A stretch of DNA of 64,000 nt from Desulfosoma sp. (lineage in GTDB: Bacteria; Desulfobacterota; Syntrophobacteria; Syntrophobacterales; DSM-9756). How positions within the stretch are numbered: the first letter of the stretch is position 1; each line of letters opens with the position of its first letter. This document shows, piece by piece, positions 37,446-47,533 of this stretch. Position numbers and translations under genes: made by a program. The notes under the pieces were generated by a model, which saw only the letters and a list, made by a program, of their open reading frames with translations, had not been told where the DNA came from and ran no database searches. The stretch spans positions 160,001 to 224,000 of the forward strand of contig JBBFKW010000003.1 of assembly GCA_037481835.1 (NCBI GenBank), in the 5' to 3' direction.

Positions 37446-38105
37446 ATGCAGGCTTGGTATGCGTTTTTGACAGGACCGGCGTTGTGGGTCACTTTCACCA
37501 TTTTCCTTGGCGGCCTGGGCATCCGCCTGGCGTTCCTCTACGGGCTCAGCCGCGAACGGGACCGGGTCTTTTACAACCACATGGACTGGAAATGGGGCCT
37601 CAAGTCCATCTTCCATTGGCTCATCCCCTGGGGCAGCGCCTCCATGCGTTTGCAGCCCGTCTTCAGTTTCGTGTTTATCGTGTTTCATGTGGGCGTGTTG
37701 GCCGTACCCCTTTTCCTTTCGGCGCACAACATCTTGTGGGATCGGGCTTTCGGGGTGAGCCTGTGGTCCATGAGCGACGCTTGGGCGGACGGTCTGACGA
37801 TGGCGGTTTTGGCCTGCGGGGTTTTTCTTTTCGTGCGCCGCCTGGTGCGCCCCGAAGTTCGGATCCTCACCACGGCCTGGGACTACACCCTCCTGGGGCT
37901 CACCCTCGCCCCCTTTGTCACAGGCTTTCTCGCCTACCACCAGTGGGGCCCTTACGAATGGCTCATGGTGCTTCACGTCCTTTCGGCGGAAATTCTCCTC
38001 ATCCTGATCCCCTTCACCAAGCTGGGGCACATGGTGCTCTTTTTCTTCACCCGAGCCTTCATCGGGTTTGAAATGGGCGGGCGCCGGGGCGCTCGAGCCT
38101 GGTAG
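37446..38105 (+). CDS. TmcC-like membrane cytochrome b (NarI/DsrM family)
   Basis: About 5 TM helices with His residues in FHVG, SAHNI, VLHVLS and IPFTKLGHM; GPALW N-terminus. Confidence 0.8.
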   Translation: MQAWYAFLTGPALWVTFTIFLGGLGIRLAFLYGLSRERDRVFYNHMDWKWGLKSIFHWLIPWGSASMRLQPVFSFVFIVFHVGVLAVPLFLSAHNILWDRAFGVSLWSMSDAWADGLTMAVLACGVFLFVRRLVRPEVRILTTAWDYTLLGLTLAPFVTGFLAYHQWGPYEWLMVLHVLSAEILLILIPFTKLGHMVLFFFTRAFIGFEMGGRRGARAW

Positions 38106-38139
38106 AAGGGCCGTGGCGACGATGGAAGTCGAACCTTGA

Positions 38140-39480
38140 ATGAACGGAGCGGCGACAGTGCACGGGAAGGAAAGCGACACGCGGCCGGTGGATGTCAAAA
38201 AGATTCGGGAATTGTTGGATGCCAACAACGGAGCCCGCATCCGAACATGGCTCAGCCTGTGTTCCCGCTGTGGGTTGTGTGCGGAAAGCTGTTTTTTCTA
38301 TCTCGCCCATGACCGCAACCCCAAGCTCAGCCCCGCCTACAAGTTCAAGGCGACCTTGGGGGAGCTTTACCGGCGAAAGGGGCGGGTGGACCGGGAGTTC
38401 TTGTACCGGTGCGCGGACATCGTCTGGGGCGAGTGCACCACGTGCAAGCGCTGTTCCATGTACTGCCCCTTCGGCATCGATGTGGCCACGCTCATCGCCA
38501 CCACCCGGACCATCCTCTATTCCCAAGGCATCACGCCCGAGGGTCTGGCTCGGGCCGTGGTCAACTACCGGGAAACGGGAAACCAGATGGGCATGAGTTC
38601 CGAGGATTTTGTGGACACGTGCGAGTGGATGGCCGAAGAAAGCCAAGACGAAATCAAGGGGGTGACCATCCCCATCGATAAAGCCGGAGCCAAGTACATG
38701 TACACGGTCAATCCTCGGGAACCCATGTTCTATCCCCAGGATCTGGCCATGGCCGCCAAGATTCTCACCGTGGCCGAAGAGGACTGGACCATGCCGTCCA
38801 CGGGGTGGGACTGCACGAATCTGCCCATGTTCGCCGGCGACCGGGCTCTGGCCGGCCAAGTGGTTCGAAACATGTACGAAAAGGCGGTGGCCCTGGGCGT
38901 GCAGGCGATCCTCATCACCGAATGCGGCCATGCCTACCGCTCGGCCCTGTTTGAAGGGCCCTATCTGGCGGGCTACCCGGACGGCAAGCCCCCGGTGCCC
39001 ATCGTCCATTCGGTGCAGCTGTTCTACGAATACCTCCGGGACGGCCGCATCCGGATCGACCCGGCCAAGAAGCTCAAGGAGCCGGTCACGTACCAGGATC
39101 CGTGCAACGTGTCGCGAAACGGCGGCCTGTGGGAAGAAGGCCGCAAGCTCGTGCAGTTTCTGGCGGAGGATTTTCGGGACATGAACCCCAACCGGGAGCA
39201 CAACCATTGTTGTGGAGGCGGGGGCGGCTACATTCCCATGGGGCCGGAATACAAGGCCAGGCGCATGGCGTCGGGACGCGTCAAGGCGGAACAGATCCGC
39301 GCCACGGGGGCCAAGATCGTCATCGCGCCGTGCCATAACTGCTTCGATCAGCTGAGCGACCTCAACAAGGAATACCAACTGGGTGTGAAGGTGATGTCGC
39401 TCAAGGAAATCCTGTGCGAAATCATGATCGTGCCCGAAAAATTCCAGCCGCAGGAAGCCGAAAGGGAGGAGTCGGACTAG
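38140..39480 (+). CDS. TmcB-like (HdrD/DsrK family) Fe-S protein with CCG domains
   Basis: CSRCGLCAESC, CTTCKRCSMYCPFG, TECGH, YQDPC, CCGGGGG and PCHNC. Confidence 0.85.
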   Translation: MNGAATVHGKESDTRPVDVKKIRELLDANNGARIRTWLSLCSRCGLCAESCFFYLAHDRNPKLSPAYKFKATLGELYRRKGRVDREFLYRCADIVWGECTTCKRCSMYCPFGIDVATLIATTRTILYSQGITPEGLARAVVNYRETGNQMGMSSEDFVDTCEWMAEESQDEIKGVTIPIDKAGAKYMYTVNPREPMFYPQDLAMAAKILTVAEEDWTMPSTGWDCTNLPMFAGDRALAGQVVRNMYEKAVALGVQAILITECGHAYRSALFEGPYLAGYPDGKPPVPIVHSVQLFYEYLRDGRIRIDPAKKLKEPVTYQDPCNVSRNGGLWEEGRKLVQFLAEDFRDMNPNREHNHCCGGGGGYIPMGPEYKARRMASGRVKAEQIRATGAKIVIAPCHNCFDQLSDLNKEYQLGVKVMSLKEILCEIMIVPEKFQPQEAEREESD

Positions 39481-39540
39481 GGCGTTTGGCCGACAGGGGC
39501 CTTTTGATTTTCAGGCAAGAAGGCCGAGGGAGGGGGGCAT

Positions 39541-40071
39541 ATGTACCAGAAGATTTTGTTTTGCGCGGACCTTTACGCCAGTTCCGACTACGCCTTTGCG
39601 GCGGCTTTGGATCTCGCCGAACGGTCCGGAGCGGAACTGATCATCCTGCACGTGTTGGAGTCACGCCATCGATATTCGGGGCATGTGATCACCGAAGACG
39701 GAGAGACGTGGGCTGGCCCGGAAGTTTTTGAAAAGCTCAAGAAAAAACTGCGGGAATATTACCTTATCCGCATCGAACGGGAAGACCCGCAAAACGTGCG
39801 GGTGGAGGTCCGGGCCGGGATCCCGTGGGTGGAAATCTGCCGCTTCGCCCGGAAGGAAAAAGTTGACCTGATCGTCATGGGCCCTTACACGATCCACGAT
39901 CCCAAGGCGCCTCTGGATCTGGAAAAGCCCCATTTGGGGCAAAACGCCCAGGAAGTGTCCTTGCGGGCGCCCTGTCAGGTCTCCATCGTCACGTCTCCCA
40001 AGCAGAGGTTGGCGCTGGAAAAGGCTGGAGAATTTCCTCGGGAAAAGAAACGAAAGCGCACACAGGAATAG
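39541..40071 (+). CDS. Universal stress protein
   Basis: ILFCADL...IILHV...GIPWVEI...VDLIVMG...APCQV. Confidence 0.85.
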   Translation: MYQKILFCADLYASSDYAFAAALDLAERSGAELIILHVLESRHRYSGHVITEDGETWAGPEVFEKLKKKLREYYLIRIEREDPQNVRVEVRAGIPWVEICRFARKEKVDLIVMGPYTIHDPKAPLDLEKPHLGQNAQEVSLRAPCQVSIVTSPKQRLALEKAGEFPREKKRKRTQE

Positions 40072-40099
40072 TTTAACCCGTCCGACGGCAGGAGGGAGC

Positions 40100-40474
40100 A
40101 TGAAGCGCACACTGTTCGGTGCCATCGGCTGCGCCGTGATGGCCTTATGGGTATTATCGGCCTGGTCCCAAGACGAAGTCATGCAGCTCAAAGGCGATGG
40201 GACCAAACCCTTGGAACGCCCCGCGGTCACTTTTCCCCATGAAAAGCATGCGGATCTCATGGAATGTTCCCGTTGCCACCACGACTACGACGCCTACGGA
40301 GTGAATAAAGGAAGTGAAGGCCGGCGCTGCACCGAATGCCATGGAAAAGGCTCCGCCAATCCCATCCCGCTCCAGCGGGCCTACCATGAGCAGTGCATGT
40401 CCTGCCACGAACGTTTGAACGCACGGCAAGGCATGGCTCTTCCCGTCCTATGCGGCCAATGCCATGTGCGCTGA
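40100..40474 (+). CDS. Tetraheme cytochrome c3 (class III, TmcA-like)
   Basis: Signal peptide, RPAVTFPHEKH, and four CxxCH motifs (CSRCHH, CTECH, CMSCH, CGQCH). Confidence 0.9.
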   Translation: MKRTLFGAIGCAVMALWVLSAWSQDEVMQLKGDGTKPLERPAVTFPHEKHADLMECSRCHHDYDAYGVNKGSEGRRCTECHGKGSANPIPLQRAYHEQCMSCHERLNARQGMALPVLCGQCHVR

Positions 40475-40811
40475 CCCCTCGACCTTGAAAAGGTCCTTGC
40501 CCCGGGACTGCTAACGCCCGGCCTGCGAGTTTCGTTGAAGCGCGCCCGCCGGCATAGAAAACGCGCCTTTTCGCCCCTACGCGTCAGGCGGCGCTGCGTG
40601 TCCGTTTTTGTCGCACCCCAATCGAAGCGGCCTGCATGGCGGGCAGGGCCGCTCTTGCAGGCATGCACCGGCGGAATGGCCGCTCTTGCACGCAAAGCGA
40701 TTGTCCTTGACATTTCCAAGCGCAAAAAGCACTAGGGAGGGGTTTTAACCGGAAGCGCCTGAGGTGTGTTTGGTGGGAAGACGTTTATAAGTGGGAGGAG
40801 GACATCGAGGC

Positions 40812-41228
40812 ATGGAACGAACTCTGTCGATCATCAAACCGGATGCCGTGCAAAGAGGCCTTGTGGGACACATCGTGCAGCGCTTCGAAAGCGCCGGCAT
40901 CCGCATTGTGGGTATGAAACGGCTGTCCTTGACCAAAAAGGAAGCGGAAGCCTTTTATGCCGTGCATCGGGAGCGGCCCTTTTTCGACAGCCTGACGTCT
41001 TATATGTCTTCGGGGCCCGTGGTGGTCATGGTTTTGGAGGGCCCCGACGTCATCCAACGCAACCGGGACCTCATGGGCGCCACCAATCCGGCTCAGGCCG
41101 CCCCGGGAACCATCCGCAAAGACTACGGCCTGGATGTGGAAAAAAACGCCGTCCACGGCTCCGATGCGCCGGAGACGGCGGCCAAAGAAATCGCCTTCTT
41201 TTTCAGCGAACTGGAGCTCATGCGCTGA
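40812..41228 (+). CDS. ndk: Nucleoside-diphosphate kinase
   Basis: [19 protein letters not shown] and NAVHGSD. Confidence 0.97.
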   Translation: MERTLSIIKPDAVQRGLVGHIVQRFESAGIRIVGMKRLSLTKKEAEAFYAVHRERPFFDSLTSYMSSGPVVVMVLEGPDVIQRNRDLMGATNPAQAAPGTIRKDYGLDVEKNAVHGSDAPETAAKEIAFFFSELELMR

Positions 41229-41252
41229 GGACGACAAGCCGGGAGGTTCGGC

Positions 41253-42437
41253 ATGAACGGGCGGATTGTCTTGACGGCGGCCTTGTGCCTTGTGGTGTTT
41301 TCATGTTCGGGGGTTGCCACCAAGCAAACCCAGGAACCGGCGGCACACTATGGGGTGAAACCCGTCACGGAAACCGTGAGGTCGGAGTCGCTCCTCCCCA
41401 TGGCACCGTACGTCACGCCGCCCCAGAAGCTGGACCTGTGCGGCGAGCCCGTTCCCCTGCACATCCGGGATGTGCTGGAGCGGTTCGATCGGGAATTCAC
41501 CATCGTCGTCTATTCCCATGCCCAGGTCTATCTCTGGCTGAAGCGGGCGGAACGGTTCTTTCCGTGGTTTGAAGAGGAATTGCGCCGACGCGGCCTCCCG
41601 GAAGACCTCAAGTACGTGGCTGTGGCCGAAAGCGATTTGCAGCACGGGGCCGTGTCTTCGGCGGGAGCGGCCGGAATGTGGCAGTTCATCCCGTCCACGG
41701 GAAGCCGTTACGGGCTGGACCAGGGACCCCAGGTGGATCAGCGCTACGACTTCGAAATGGCGACGGACAGCGCCCTTCGCTACCTCACCGATCTCTACCG
41801 GCGGTTCAACAACTGGACCTTGGCCATCGCCGCATACAATTGCGGCGAAAAGCGCGTTTCCGACGAAATGGCGTTCCAGCGGGTGTCCGACTACTACCAG
41901 CTGAAGCTCCCCTTGGAGACGGAACGCTACATTTTCCGCATTTTGGCCATCAAGACGGTTTTGTCCGATCCGCAAAGATACGGATACATGCTCCCGCCCG
42001 GAGCGGGTTACCCGCCGGAACGGTTCGATACCGTGACGGTGACCCTGCGGTCCACGGTGCCCATCGTCGCGCTCGCCCAAAGGGCGGGCATCACCTACCG
42101 GGAATTCAAGAGGCTGAACCCTGCTTTCACCACCACCACGCTGCCTCCGGGGACGCATCGCATTCGGGTGCCCGAAGGGTGCGGCACGGCCTTGCAACAG
42201 GGGCTGGAAGATTTCCTGGCCGCGTACCGGGCTCCGGAAGCGCCGCCGGTGTCGGGGGCCTTGCGAGAGCCGGAAAAACCGCGCGCGCCGCAAGCCGTCA
42301 TCCACACGGTGCTCCCCAAGGAAACGCTCAGTGCCATTGCGGCCAAGTACAACGTGTCCGTTTCGGACATCCAACGTTGGAACGGCCTGAAGAGCGCGAC
42401 AGTGAAGGCCGGGCAGAAATTGCGCATCGAACGCTGA
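41253..42437 (+). CDS. Lytic transglycosylase with LysM domain (MltD-like)
   Basis: VAES, GAAGMWQFIPSTG, AIAAYNCGE, PLETERY and a C-terminal LysM; lipoprotein-like signal. Confidence 0.9.
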   Translation: MNGRIVLTAALCLVVFSCSGVATKQTQEPAAHYGVKPVTETVRSESLLPMAPYVTPPQKLDLCGEPVPLHIRDVLERFDREFTIVVYSHAQVYLWLKRAERFFPWFEEELRRRGLPEDLKYVAVAESDLQHGAVSSAGAAGMWQFIPSTGSRYGLDQGPQVDQRYDFEMATDSALRYLTDLYRRFNNWTLAIAAYNCGEKRVSDEMAFQRVSDYYQLKLPLETERYIFRILAIKTVLSDPQRYGYMLPPGAGYPPERFDTVTVTLRSTVPIVALAQRAGITYREFKRLNPAFTTTTLPPGTHRIRVPEGCGTALQQGLEDFLAAYRAPEAPPVSGALREPEKPRAPQAVIHTVLPKETLSAIAAKYNVSVSDIQRWNGLKSATVKAGQKLRIER

Positions 42438-42455
42438 ACCTCCCGGGCCTGGTCC

Positions 42456-42485
42456 TTGACAGGGTCGAAACAACACCATTACGAT
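42456..42485 (+). promoter_or_regulatory. Candidate sigma70 promoter for sirtuin-tol-pal
   Basis: TTGACA-N18-TACGAT. Confidence 0.5.
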
Positions 42486-42533
42486 GGCCGGGTGAAGCGC
42501 TTGATGCGCTCGAGGTCCGTTGAGGTTCCGGCG

Positions 42534-43295
42534 ATGGGACAATCGGTGATCGAACAAGCCGCGGCGCGCCTTCGGCACAGTTCGTGGTCCGTGGCGCTCA
42601 CGGGGGCGGGGATATCCGTGGAAAGCGGGATTCCGGATTTTCGGAGCCCTGGGGGGTTGTGGTCCAAGTACGATCCCCTGGAGTACGGAGACATCCGTTC
42701 TTTCCGCATGAATCCCGGCAAGGTCTGGCGCATGCTCGTGGACATGGACCGGATGCTGAACGACGCCCGGCCGAACCCGGCCCATTACGCCCTGGCGTGC
42801 CTGGAAAGGGAAGGGCTTCTCAAGGGCGTCATCACCCAAAACGTGGACAGCCTCCACCAGCGCGCCGGCAGCCGCACGGTGGTGGAATTCCACGGCCATG
42901 GGCGGACGGCCCGCTGCGACCACTGCGGCCGGGAGGTCCCGCGCGAAGCCCTGAAGCTTCAGGATTTGCCGCCCCGATGCGGTTGCGGCGGGCCCATGCG
43001 GCCCAATTTTGTTTTTTTCGGGGAAGGCATCCCGCGCTCAGCCTACCTCCAGGCGGCCCACATGGTGGAACGCTGTGATCTCCTCCTGGTCGTGGGCACC
43101 TCCGCCACCGTCGCTCCGGCCTCCCATCTGCCGCTCATGGCCAAGAGCCGCGGGGCATTCATCATCGAAGTGAACCCCAACGAAACGGAACTGACGGCGG
43201 CCCACACCGATCTTTATCTTGCCTTGCCGGCGGGACAGGCCCTGCCGGCCATCGTGTCGGCCTTGGGCCTTGCCCTTCATGCCGAAGGAAAGTGA
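42534..43295 (+). CDS. cobB: NAD-dependent protein deacylase (sirtuin)
   Basis: TGAGISVESGIPDFR, TQNVDSLHQRAG, HG...CxxC...CxC, FFGE and VVGTS. Confidence 0.92.
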   Translation: MGQSVIEQAAARLRHSSWSVALTGAGISVESGIPDFRSPGGLWSKYDPLEYGDIRSFRMNPGKVWRMLVDMDRMLNDARPNPAHYALACLEREGLLKGVITQNVDSLHQRAGSRTVVEFHGHGRTARCDHCGREVPREALKLQDLPPRCGCGGPMRPNFVFFGEGIPRSAYLQAAHMVERCDLLLVVGTSATVAPASHLPLMAKSRGAFIIEVNPNETELTAAHTDLYLALPAGQALPAIVSALGLALHAEGK

Positions 43296-44125
43296 GTGCC
43301 ATGGTTTCGGTTGTGTTGAGCGTCCTTTGCCTTGTGCGTGTTTCCCAAGCCTTGGCGGCCCCGGACGGCGGGGCCGCCAACGGCGTGACGGACATGATCT
43401 GGAACGCCGGCCCCATGGTCAAGCTGGTGCTGTTGCTTCTTGTGGGCTTGTCTTTGGCCTGCTGGGGCGTGGTGCTGGTAAAATTCAAGCTCTTTCGCCG
43501 GGCCGAAAGGCAGTCCGAGGACTTCTACGAAATGTACCGGCAGAAGAAGAACTTCGGACTCCTCTATCGCGAAAGCCAGTTGCTTGCCGAAAGTTATCTG
43601 GCCCAGGTGTTTCGGGCCGGATACGCGGAATGGGGACGGCTGAGCAAGACCTTGGAAACCGTGAGCGTGGCGGAGATGCCGTTGAACGGGGCCGATGAGG
43701 CCCTGAGCACGGTGGAAAGGGCCATGGAAGGGGCCATACTGCTGGAGACGCGCCGCCTGGAGCGGTTTCTTCCCCTTTTGGCCACCACGGGCAACACGGC
43801 CCCCTTTATCGGGCTGTTCGGCACCGTGTGGGGCATCATGACCTCTTTCCATCACATTGGACTGAAAGGGGCGGCCAACCTGGCCGTGGTGGCTCCGGGC
43901 ATTTCCGAAGCCTTGGTGGCCACGGCCATCGGGTTGTTCGCGGCCATTCCCGCGGTCATTTTCTTCAATTATTTCATGAACCGGATCCAGGCCATCCAGG
44001 GGCGCATGCATTATTTCGCCGGCGACTTCTACACGGTCCTCAAACGGGAATGGCTCCGCCGTTCCGCGGCGTCCACGAAAAACGGCGCGACGGATACTCC
44101 CGCCGTGGTGCGCACGACGGGGTGA
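43292..44125 (+). CDS. tolQ: TolQ
   Basis: APFIGLFGTVWGIM and VAPGISEALVATAIGLFAAIPA; first gene of tol-pal. Confidence 0.93.
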   Translation: MSAMVSVVLSVLCLVRVSQALAAPDGGAANGVTDMIWNAGPMVKLVLLLLVGLSLACWGVVLVKFKLFRRAERQSEDFYEMYRQKKNFGLLYRESQLLAESYLAQVFRAGYAEWGRLSKTLETVSVAEMPLNGADEALSTVERAMEGAILLETRRLERFLPLLATTGNTAPFIGLFGTVWGIMTSFHHIGLKGAANLAVVAPGISEALVATAIGLFAAIPAVIFFNYFMNRIQAIQGRMHYFAGDFYTVLKREWLRRSAASTKNGATDTPAVVRTTG

Positions 44126-44135
44126 GAGGGAAGCC

Positions 44136-44567
44136 ATGAAGACCAACGGGACCTCTCGGCAGTTGATGTCGGACATCAATGTCACGCCGTTTGTGGACGT
44201 CATGTTGGTGCTTCTCATCATCTTCATGGTCACGGCGCCCATGATGATGCAGGGCATCGACGTGGATTTGCCCAATGCGGAAGCCCCCGCCATCCCGTCG
44301 GAAGAGGAAAGGCTGGTGGTGACCGTGGATGCGCAGCGAAAAGTCTACATCAATGAATATCCGGTGGATATGGAAACGCTGGGGCCCAAGCTGAGCGCCA
44401 TTTATCGGAACAAAGGCTCCAAGCAAGGGGTGTTCCTCAGGGCCGATGCGTCCCTGCCCTATGGCTTTGTCATGGAAGTCATGGGCACCATTCGTCAGTC
44501 GGGAATCGACCAGATCGGCATGGTGACCGAGTCGGTGCACAAGCCCGAGAAGCGCCAGAGTGGGTAA
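44136..44567 (+). CDS. tolR: TolR
   Basis: INVTPFVDVMLVLLIIFMVTAP and LRAD...YG. Confidence 0.93.
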   Translation: MKTNGTSRQLMSDINVTPFVDVMLVLLIIFMVTAPMMMQGIDVDLPNAEAPAIPSEEERLVVTVDAQRKVYINEYPVDMETLGPKLSAIYRNKGSKQGVFLRADASLPYGFVMEVMGTIRQSGIDQIGMVTESVHKPEKRQSG

Positions 44568-44573
44568 ACGGCC

Positions 44574-45542
44574 ATGACGGCTGCCGACGCCTTCGATCGG
44601 CTGCGCCTCCCGCGCCGGGACGTTCTTTTCGGCATGGCGGTTTCCGTGATCGTCCATGGGGCGACGATCTTCGCCGTCGTCTTTCTGCCCCACGTGCTTC
44701 CTAGAAAACCCGTGGAACTCCCGTACTATTCGGTGAAGTTGGTGACCGCAGGCGATTTGGGTCTGGATCTGGGATCGGGGGGCAAGGGGCCCAAGGCCCA
44801 GGTCAAGGCGCCGCAGGCGCCGGCGAGCGCGCCCAAGAGGGATTCGGCCACTTCGGTGCCGGTGGTTCCGGTCAAGCGCCTTGCCGACGGATTCAAGCTT
44901 GCCGACACCAAGGTGGAAAAACTGGACGCCGACGTAAAGCCCAACCTGGAACGGATCGAAAGACCGTCTCTCGAAAAGAGCGTGGAACAGCTGCTGCCGA
45001 AAGAAAAAGCCGAACGGCCCAAGCCGCCTCCCGTGCCCGCGCAGCCGTCGTCGGGGAGCGCCTCCGGCAAACCGGAATCGTCGCAAGCCGCTTCGGGGTC
45101 GGCGTCCTCGGCTAAGACGGCCCCGTCTGAAAGTTCGAGCCCGGCCGGATCGAAGGCCGCGGGATCGGGTCCGGGCGGATCCGGCGCGGCGGGAGCCGCT
45201 CGAGGAGCCTCAGGGCCGCCGGGGCCGGGCGGCACGGGTGAGGAACTGGCGCTGGCGCGACGCCTCTACTACACCGAGGTGTGGGCGGCCATCAAAAGGC
45301 AATGGGTGCTCCCCAAATCGCTCATCAACGTGCAGGGCTTGGAAGCCGTGGTGGTCATCGTGGTGCGGCGCGATGGCAAGATCGAAAGCATGCAGTTCGA
45401 AAAGCGATCGGGAAACCAACTGTTTGACGATTCGGTGCTTCGAGCGATCCAGAAAGCGGATCCCCTGCCGAAATTTCCAGACATTTACAGTCCGCCTCGG
45501 GACGAGATCGGCGTGCGGTTCCGGCCCGAGGACCTGGCGTGA
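44574..45542 (+). CDS. tolA: TolA/TonB-like energy transducer
   Basis: TM helix with SVIVH (SHLS-type), Pro/Ser/Gly-rich linker and TonB_2 C-domain (SGNQLFDDSV); lies between tolR and tolB. Confidence 0.85.
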   Translation: MTAADAFDRLRLPRRDVLFGMAVSVIVHGATIFAVVFLPHVLPRKPVELPYYSVKLVTAGDLGLDLGSGGKGPKAQVKAPQAPASAPKRDSATSVPVVPVKRLADGFKLADTKVEKLDADVKPNLERIERPSLEKSVEQLLPKEKAERPKPPPVPAQPSSGSASGKPESSQAASGSASSAKTAPSESSSPAGSKAAGSGPGGSGAAGAARGASGPPGPGGTGEELALARRLYYTEVWAAIKRQWVLPKSLINVQGLEAVVVIVVRRDGKIESMQFEKRSGNQLFDDSVLRAIQKADPLPKFPDIYSPPRDEIGVRFRPEDLA

Positions 45543-45551
45543 GGCTCTCTT

Positions 45552-46910
45552 ATGGGAAAAGGAACAGATGAAGCGGTGCGGCGTGCGGGCGCTATGAGGG
45601 CTTGTTGGAGGCTTTTCGTTTTCTTCTGGGGTGTGACGTGCCTCATGGCGCCTTCGACGGCATGGGGTGCGGAACGGGTCTATATCGACATTACCCAGCC
45701 CGGCTTCGTCAAGCTGCCCATTGCGGTCCCCGACTTCAAGATGCAAGGGGAGGACGCTGGGGCGGCCCGGCAGATGGCCGCCGTGATTCGAGACGACCTG
45801 GATCTTTCGGGCTATTTCAAGGTCTTGGATCCCGCCGGTTTTCTGGAATCCCCGAACCAGATGGGGGTTTTGCCCTCGGAGATCCGTTTCGAGAGCTGGA
45901 AGGCCGTAGGGGCGGAGTTCCTCGTGCGCGGTCAATATGAGGCCAGAGGGGGAGGGCTGAGCGCCGAGTTTCGACTTTTCGATGTCGTCTCCCAGAAAAT
46001 GGTGGTAGGAAAAGCCTACGACGCGCGGGTTGCCGACGCTCGAGCGGTGGCCCACCGCATCGCCAATGAAATCATCGCGGCCTTGACCGGCGAGGCGGGG
46101 ATCTTTGACACGCGGATTGCGTTCGTCCAGGCGGAGGGAGACGCCAAGGAAATCTACGTCATGGATCTGGACGGCCAGAACCTTACGGCGATCACGCGGG
46201 ATCGAAGCACCGCCTTGTCTCCGGCGTGGAGTCCCGACGGGACGCAGCTGGCCTACGTGAGTTACGTGGAAGGGCAGCCGAAGATATTCATCGCCAACGT
46301 GCTGTCCGGAGCCCGGCGGGCCGTGGCGGGCTATTCGGGAATCAACATCACGCCGGCCTGGCACCCCGCGGGCGGACGCCTTGCCGTGACCCTGTCCAAG
46401 GACGGCAATCCGGACATTTTCTTGGTGGATTCCCAAGGATCGGTCCTCAAGACCTTGGTGTCCGGATGGAGCATTGAAGTATCCCCGGCGTGGTCTCCGG
46501 ACGGGTCGAAAATCGCCTATGTTTCCAACGAGTCCGGAAGCCCGCAGATCTACGTTCTCAACCTCGCCGGGGGGAACAAGCTGCGCCTGACTTACGAAGG
46601 AAAATACAACACGTCCCCCGCGTGGTCCCCCAAAGGCGACTGGATCGCCTTTTCCAGCATGACCGGGGGGCGGCATAACATCTTCATCGTCCGCCCGGAC
46701 GGCTCGGGCCTCAGGGCCCTGACCCACGGGGAGGGGGACAACGAGAGCCCCACATGGTCTCCGGACGGGAGGCTCGTCGCCTTCAGTTCCACGCGGGAGG
46801 GGGCGAGCGCCATTTGGGCGGCGGTGGTCAACGGAGAAGGAATTCGGCGGCTGACCCGCCTGGGAGGGGCTCAGAGTCAGCCCAGTTGGTCGCCGCGGTC
46901 GAACCGTTAA
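45552..46910 (+). CDS. tolB: TolB
   Basis: TolB N-domain (PIAVPDF...DL) and PD40 repeats (PAWSPDG). Start may be at 45594. Confidence 0.95.
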   Translation: MGKGTDEAVRRAGAMRACWRLFVFFWGVTCLMAPSTAWGAERVYIDITQPGFVKLPIAVPDFKMQGEDAGAARQMAAVIRDDLDLSGYFKVLDPAGFLESPNQMGVLPSEIRFESWKAVGAEFLVRGQYEARGGGLSAEFRLFDVVSQKMVVGKAYDARVADARAVAHRIANEIIAALTGEAGIFDTRIAFVQAEGDAKEIYVMDLDGQNLTAITRDRSTALSPAWSPDGTQLAYVSYVEGQPKIFIANVLSGARRAVAGYSGINITPAWHPAGGRLAVTLSKDGNPDIFLVDSQGSVLKTLVSGWSIEVSPAWSPDGSKIAYVSNESGSPQIYVLNLAGGNKLRLTYEGKYNTSPAWSPKGDWIAFSSMTGGRHNIFIVRPDGSGLRALTHGEGDNESPTWSPDGRLVAFSSTREGASAIWAAVVNGEGIRRLTRLGGAQSQPSWSPRSNR

Positions 46911-46940
46911 ACGCATCATCACAAAACCAGGGAGGGTGGT

Positions 46941-47516
46941 ATGATCCATCGTGTGACGGCGGCAGTGGTCTGGTGTTGCGTTCTTTTGACCCTCACAGCC
47001 ATGGCGGGTTGTTCCAAGAAGGCCGTGCCGGGCCAGGCGGCCTACCCTTCGGCGGCAACCCCGGCGGGACCCGGTGCCGGCGGGCGATATACGCCCGGGG
47101 GCCCCATTGACGAAGCCACATGGCAGAAGCTGGGACTGCGCACGGAAGAAGAAAGGCAGCGATTCTTAAAGGAGATGGATCAATTCCAAAACGACGACAT
47201 TTACTTTGAATTCGACGCCTATGTCCTTATGGACGAAGCCAAGGCGATCTTGGACAGAAAAGTGGACTTCCTGCGCCGATACCCCAAGGTGTCCGTCACC
47301 ATCGAAGGGCACTGCGACGAGCGGGGGACCAATGATTACAACCTGGCCCTGGGAGAACGCAGGGCCAATGCCGCCTGGCAGTATCTTGTCAACTCGGGGA
47401 TCGAACCGTCCCGACTGAACATGATCAGCTATGGCGAAGAACGTCCTGTCGCTTTGGGGCATGACGAAGCGTCGTGGGCCAAGAACCGACGGGCTCACTT
47501 CGTGGTTCAATTCTGA
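46941..47516 (+). CDS. pal: Peptidoglycan-associated lipoprotein
   Basis: Lipobox MAGC, IYFEFD, IEGHCDERGTNDYNLALGERRA, SYGEERP and NRRA. Confidence 0.96.
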   Translation: MIHRVTAAVVWCCVLLTLTAMAGCSKKAVPGQAAYPSAATPAGPGAGGRYTPGGPIDEATWQKLGLRTEEERQRFLKEMDQFQNDDIYFEFDAYVLMDEAKAILDRKVDFLRRYPKVSVTIEGHCDERGTNDYNLALGERRANAAWQYLVNSGIEPSRLNMISYGEERPVALGHDEASWAKNRRAHFVVQF

Positions 47517-47533
47517 GGCAAAAGGAGCGGCCC

